Positions 60,327 to 64,000 of a DNA stretch of 64,000 nt are shown one piece after another. Location: contig OZ242296.1 in the NCBI GenBank assembly GCA_965207735.1, forward strand, positions 544,001 through 608,000, read 5' to 3'. Within the stretch, counting starts at the first letter, position 1; every line of letters begins with the position of its first letter. The stretch comes from Candidatus Versatilivorator sp. GTDB lineage: Bacteria > Acidobacteriota > Terriglobia > Versatilivoradales > Versatilivoraceae. A model generated the notes under the pieces. The model saw only the letters and a list, made by a program, of their open reading frames with translations, ran no database searches and was not told the origin of the DNA. A program made the position numbers and the translations under genes.

Positions 60327-62660
60327 TTACCACTTTTTGGTCACACCCACAAAGACATTGCGTCCCAACTCCGGAATTCTCTCACGGGTGAAGGGATTCA
60401 GGGAATTCAGGTGTTCGAAGTAGAACTTGTCGGCCAGGTTCTCGATCCCCACATCCAGCGACAGGCGCTTGGGGAGTTTCAACCCCCCTCGCAGGCTGAA
60501 GGTGGTAAATCCGGGCGATGGCGCCTCCAGCCGGGATGCAGCCACCCGATCTTGCGGCCCGACGTTGCGCATTTCGAATTCTCCAAAGAATAGACCCGAG
60601 CCGCCGGTGTAACGCAGCCGGGAACGGACTTCAAAGGGGGGAATGCCCAGGACGGGTTCATTGACACCAATGGCTGCCAGGGATTGCTCGATGTCGTCGG
60701 CCAGGGTGTAGGCGCCTTGAATTCCGAACTCCAGCCCTTGCGTGATCGGGGCGCGAAGGGAAAAGTCCAGCCCCCGGAAGTCGGCATGGTCGCCACTGAG
60801 ATAGCGAAAGACCTGCGGTGGGCTCAGGGGCAGCCGCTTGCGGATGCCCGGGGCCGGCGCCACCGTGATGAAGTCCTGAATTCGACGATAGAATCCTGCG
60901 CCTCGCAGGCGCATTCCCGCCCATCGGATCTCCAGTCCCAGATCCGCCTGATAGCCGGTTTCCGGTTCAATGCCGGGAGTGCCCATGAATTCGGCCGCAA
61001 TCTGAAACTTGGTGCTGGGGAAGCGGTCGGAGTAGCGCTCCAGCACATTGGCGGTGCGTACCACCCGGCCCAGTCCTCCTGAAACCGTCACTGCTTCGGT
61101 CAGATTTCTCCGGGCAGTGAGGCTCGCGCTGGTGTTGAATTCCTTCCCGTTCATGGGACCCGCGGTGTTGGCCCTGAAAAAATCCGAAGGCCGGGCTGCC
61201 TCGGCCTGGACGGCATCGAATCGAACGGCCGCCGCCACTCCCCAAGCCTCTCCAGCTTTGGCGGCGGTGAGGTAGAACCCCTGATCGCGGATGCGCGCGT
61301 CCGGCCAGACATTGTCTCGAAACAGGAGCCGGTCGTTGCTGCGCCGGGAAATGAATCGAGTGGCCTGCTGAGACAGATCGTAGAAGTCGAAGCCGGTTTG
61401 AACGGCCCATCCCGAACGGGGCTGAAAGCTTATCCGTCCGGCCCCACCCAGAGAATCCGATTCCGTCGGTAGCGAGACGGCCAGCCCGAAGGGAGGAACT
61501 CGCCCGGGCATGTCCATGGCCGTCGGTTTCCCATCGTTGTTCATGCGATGGCTCTTCTTGCTCAAGTAGAGCCTGAAGGAAACGCTCTGAATGGCGGCGG
61601 CGGGTTCCTTCATATAGTAGGCGCCGTTCCAGGACCGAGTGATGAAATGGTTGGCGTCCAGTAGCCGCCCGGGGTAGTCCAGGTCTTGTTGAGTGTCGAG
61701 GCCCGAATCGAAGGTGAGTTCCTGATTGGAGGGCAGGCTCAACCGCAGCTTCCCGCCCAACTGGTATTCTCCGAACCGGCCCGGAATGGTCGGGGCGGGG
61801 GCGCTGCCGGCTCCCGCTCGATAATCGTCCCCCTTGCCTCCGGAGGCTCTCACACTGATGCCGGCCCGGCGGCCCGCGGCAAAGAACCGGGTATGGCCCA
61901 AGCGGTTGGCGCCGTTGAAGGAGTATCCTGTGGAAACGGAGCCGCCGAAGGTCATCCTGTCGTGGACGGGCACGGGATCGGTCTTCACCAGGACGGCGGC
62001 CAGTCCGCCGGCACACTCGCTCAGAGCGTAGGGGCCTTTGATCACCTCCAGGCTGCTGACTCGGGCCGGGTCCACATGGCTGATCTCGGAATCCATCCTG
62101 GCAGGTCCGGCGGCAAAGGCGCGGGATCCGTCAACCACCATGGCCACCTGGTGTTCCCGAAGTCCCTGGACCACCGGTTCCAGGTTGGTGCCGCCTCTTC
62201 GAACGGCCAGGACACCGGGCACTTCCTTGAGTTTCTCGGCCAGATCCCGGGGCGGGCCGGACTGTAGTCGGCCGGCCGGGATTTCCTCAATGGCAATCTG
62301 AGCCGGGGAAGTGGCCAGCACCTCGATTTCAGTAGCCACAGATCCAAGCTGCAACTCAACCGTCAACTGCGCCCTCTCGCCCGCATGGAGCGTCAGCTCT
62401 CTCCGGTGGGGCGCAAAGCCTCGAGCGGTTACCGATACGAGGTAGAAGCCGCTGGCAACAGTGAAGGCCATGCTTCCGCCGGCTTGGGTGTACCCGGTGG
62501 CTACCTGCTGACCGGAGGGCAATAACAGCGAGACCGTGGCCCCGGAGATGGGCAGGCCGGAGGGGTCCCGTACCTGAATGGCGATCGATTCCGCTTGAGA
62601 AAAGAGGTTTCCACACAACAGCGTAAGGACACCCAATAGGGGTAGGTAGGGCAGACGCAT
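60327..62660 (-). CDS. TonB-dependent receptor, OprC/NosA-like
   Basis: Plug PGV..VRRGG...P..QG...VDG...PARMD...VIKGPY; HRMNN; GIENLADKFYFEHL; C-terminal Trp. Confidence 0.85.
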   Translation of the reverse strand: MRLPYLPLLGVLTLLCGNLFSQAESIAIQVRDPSGLPISGATVSLLLPSGQQVATGYTQAGGSMAFTVASGFYLVSVTARGFAPHRRELTLHAGERAQLTVELQLGSVATEIEVLATSPAQIAIEEIPAGRLQSGPPRDLAEKLKEVPGVLAVRRGGTNLEPVVQGLREHQVAMVVDGSRAFAAGPARMDSEISHVDPARVSSLEVIKGPYALSECAGGLAAVLVKTDPVPVHDRMTFGGSVSTGYSFNGANRLGHTRFFAAGRRAGISVRASGGKGDDYRAGAGSAPAPTIPGRFGEYQLGGKLRLSLPSNQELTFDSGLDTQQDLDYPGRLLDANHFITRSWNGAYYMKEPAAAIQSVSFRLYLSKKSHRMNNDGKPTAMDMPGRVPPFGLAVSLPTESDSLGGAGRISFQPRSGWAVQTGFDFYDLSQQATRFISRRSNDRLLFRDNVWPDARIRDQGFYLTAAKAGEAWGVAAAVRFDAVQAEAARPSDFFRANTAGPMNGKEFNTSASLTARRNLTEAVTVSGGLGRVVRTANVLERYSDRFPSTKFQIAAEFMGTPGIEPETGYQADLGLEIRWAGMRLRGAGFYRRIQDFITVAPAPGIRKRLPLSPPQVFRYLSGDHADFRGLDFSLRAPITQGLEFGIQGAYTLADDIEQSLAAIGVNEPVLGIPPFEVRSRLRYTGGSGLFFGEFEMRNVGPQDRVAASRLEAPSPGFTTFSLRGGLKLPKRLSLDVGIENLADKFYFEHLNSLNPFTRERIPELGRNVFVGVTKKW

Positions 62661-62833
62661 CGTTTTCCGATCCTCCACGGTGAAGGGCCTGTGTCGTTGA
62701 AAAACGGGTTGGGACCGGCCGGCGGCGGAGTCCTCCCTGCAAAGCGAGGCGTCATTCCTCACTCTCCGAGGTCGGGACGGAATGGGACTTCGACAGGCGA
62801 AGAGACCGGGTTACGGCCGGGGATGTTGGGGGT

Positions 62834-63277
62834 CTATGAGATTCGCGGCGGGCGAAACAGGGAAGGATGGTGCCCCTGAGGAAGCGTCGGCCCCCTTAGG
62901 GGGTTCAAGTTGCCGTCAGTCTTGGCGAGAGCGGAGCAAGCGGCCTGCTCTTGGGCCGGCCAGCCGCTTTGTTCGCGAGCCGTCGCCAGGAGCGACTCTT
63001 GCCGTTCGCATCCCGGCGACCAGGCACAGTCTATTCCGGGGAACTGGTTGACCGCGGGGGAAGTTCGGTGGCATGGGTCGGGCTTGGCCGTCCTGGTTTG
63101 GCGGCACCTCTCCGGGCAGCAGCAGCGTCTTTGTCCCATGGCACACTGGCCGGGGTGCGAGGCGGCGGTGCCGGCCTCCGTCCCCAGCGGCAGGAGCCGA
63201 TGGGCGGGGAGAGTTCCCGGTCCCAGCGACACCAGGGCCAGCAGCACAGCCGTTTTCCTCCAGGCAGGTCCGCTCAT
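62834..63277 (-). CDS. Cys-rich exported small protein ending FRPPR (DUF2946/CruR-like leader)
   Basis: Signal peptide, CAMGQRRCCCPERC, further Cys residues, C-terminal LFRPPRIS; directly upstream of the TonB receptor. Confidence 0.65.
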   Translation of the reverse strand: MSGPAWRKTAVLLALVSLGPGTLPAHRLLPLGTEAGTAASHPGQCAMGQRRCCCPERCRQTRTAKPDPCHRTSPAVNQFPGIDCAWSPGCERQESLLATAREQSGWPAQEQAACSALAKTDGNLNPLRGPTLPQGHHPSLFRPPRIS

Positions 63278-63444
63278 TTCCAGGAAATGTATTGGCAGTC
63301 AGAGGTCCGCGCGGGATATCCCGGCCGGATAGCCGTCCAGCCCCCCTGCTGCCGGTGGTTCAATCCGCCCAGCGGGCCACGATCGGCAAAGGCTCGATCG
63401 CCTCTCTCGCGGGTGCTTGCGAAACGGCGGAAGCCACCCGCAGA

Positions 63445-63963
63445 TCAACTGGTCGGCTTGTAGCGTTCCACCTTTTCGAAGGCGTCGGCGATGATGCGGG
63501 TGTCGAGACTGTCGACGGCGAAGGCCCCTGCCTGGGAGAGGTAGCGCCAGGTGACGTCGAAGTCCTGCTGGTTGAGGACCGGGTAGTTGCGCTCCAGGCC
63601 GTCGAAAAATGCGGTAAAGGCAACGCTCACGAAAAAGTCCACGGCCGCCACCCGGCTGCTCTCCAACTTGACCGCATTCCAGACATAGCCGCTGGCGCTG
63701 CTGGAGTCCGTTTCCTCGGAGATGGGTTCCAGATCCTCGGCCTTGACGCTGTAGCCGTCGAGTTGAGCGCCTTCCTTGAGCCGGAAGGTCTTCCAGCAGT
63801 GCCCGCAGGCTGACCGCCCCTTGCCCAGAACGAAATCCCAGACGGGAGCCACCTTCATTGCCGAGCCGCAGGCCGGGCACTGGTATTCCTTGACGAAGTC
63901 CGACAACGCCGACAATATCCCATCTCCGCGATCTGGCATGATAACAAGCCCCTTTTCAGTCAC
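63445..63963 (-). CDS. Hypothetical protein with CxxC...CxxC zinc ribbon
   Basis: CPACG...CGHC followed by an uncharacterised helical domain. Confidence 0.6.
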   Translation of the reverse strand: MTEKGLVIMPDRGDGILSALSDFVKEYQCPACGSAMKVAPVWDFVLGKGRSACGHCWKTFRLKEGAQLDGYSVKAEDLEPISEETDSSSASGYVWNAVKLESSRVAAVDFFVSVAFTAFFDGLERNYPVLNQQDFDVTWRYLSQAGAFAVDSLDTRIIADAFEKVERYKPTS

Positions 63964-64000
63964 GTCACCGAAGAAACCCTCGGATTATAACCCAGTCGAT

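Noticed and set aside
62661-62833. Cobalamin riboswitch upstream of the TonB receptor
   Set aside because: No B12 box or GGGAA...GCCACUG core visible
49433-64000. tRNA-anchored genomic island or prophage
   Set aside because: No integrase, no duplicated tRNA 3' end noticed, and composition similar to the rest of the window

Overview
GC-rich bacterial window, most likely Acidobacteriota: RpoA starts [12 protein letters not shown], and there is an acidobacterial VWA protein, Oar-like TonB receptors and a DUF1501/PSD1 pair. This assignment is inferred, not checked against a database. Positions 1-17 kb hold the end of fusA, tuf and the S10-spc-alpha ribosomal superoperon, without adk/map. Positions 17-49 kb are housekeeping and envelope genes: NUDIX, pncB-pncA, a Sel1 protein, a TonB receptor, VWA, an ornithine cyclodeaminase-family enzyme, lipB with 2-oxoacid dehydrogenase E1/E2, folE, a glutaminyl-cyclase-like M28 lipoprotein, aroK, an ECF sigma/anti-sigma/DUF4097 cluster, nrdR, thiL, rnc, lepB, dgt, DinB and fabH. 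After tRNA-Leu(CAA) come DUF1501/PSD1, a BNR protein, a SAF oxidoreductase and a putative metal-uptake operon. No CRISPR array, rRNA, integrase or transposase was seen. Best leads: (1) several dispersed intergenic elements built from short-period (7, 9 and 10 nt) tandem units, some forming terminal inverted repeats, plus a REP doublet; (2) an animal-type glutaminyl cyclase together with many secreted proteins predicted to begin with Gln (a possible Q-rule outside Bacteroidota); (3) a Cys-rich leader ORF ending in RPP upstream of an OprC-like receptor that lacks the copper-binding Cys; (4) an extreme G-over-C skew confined to tuf.
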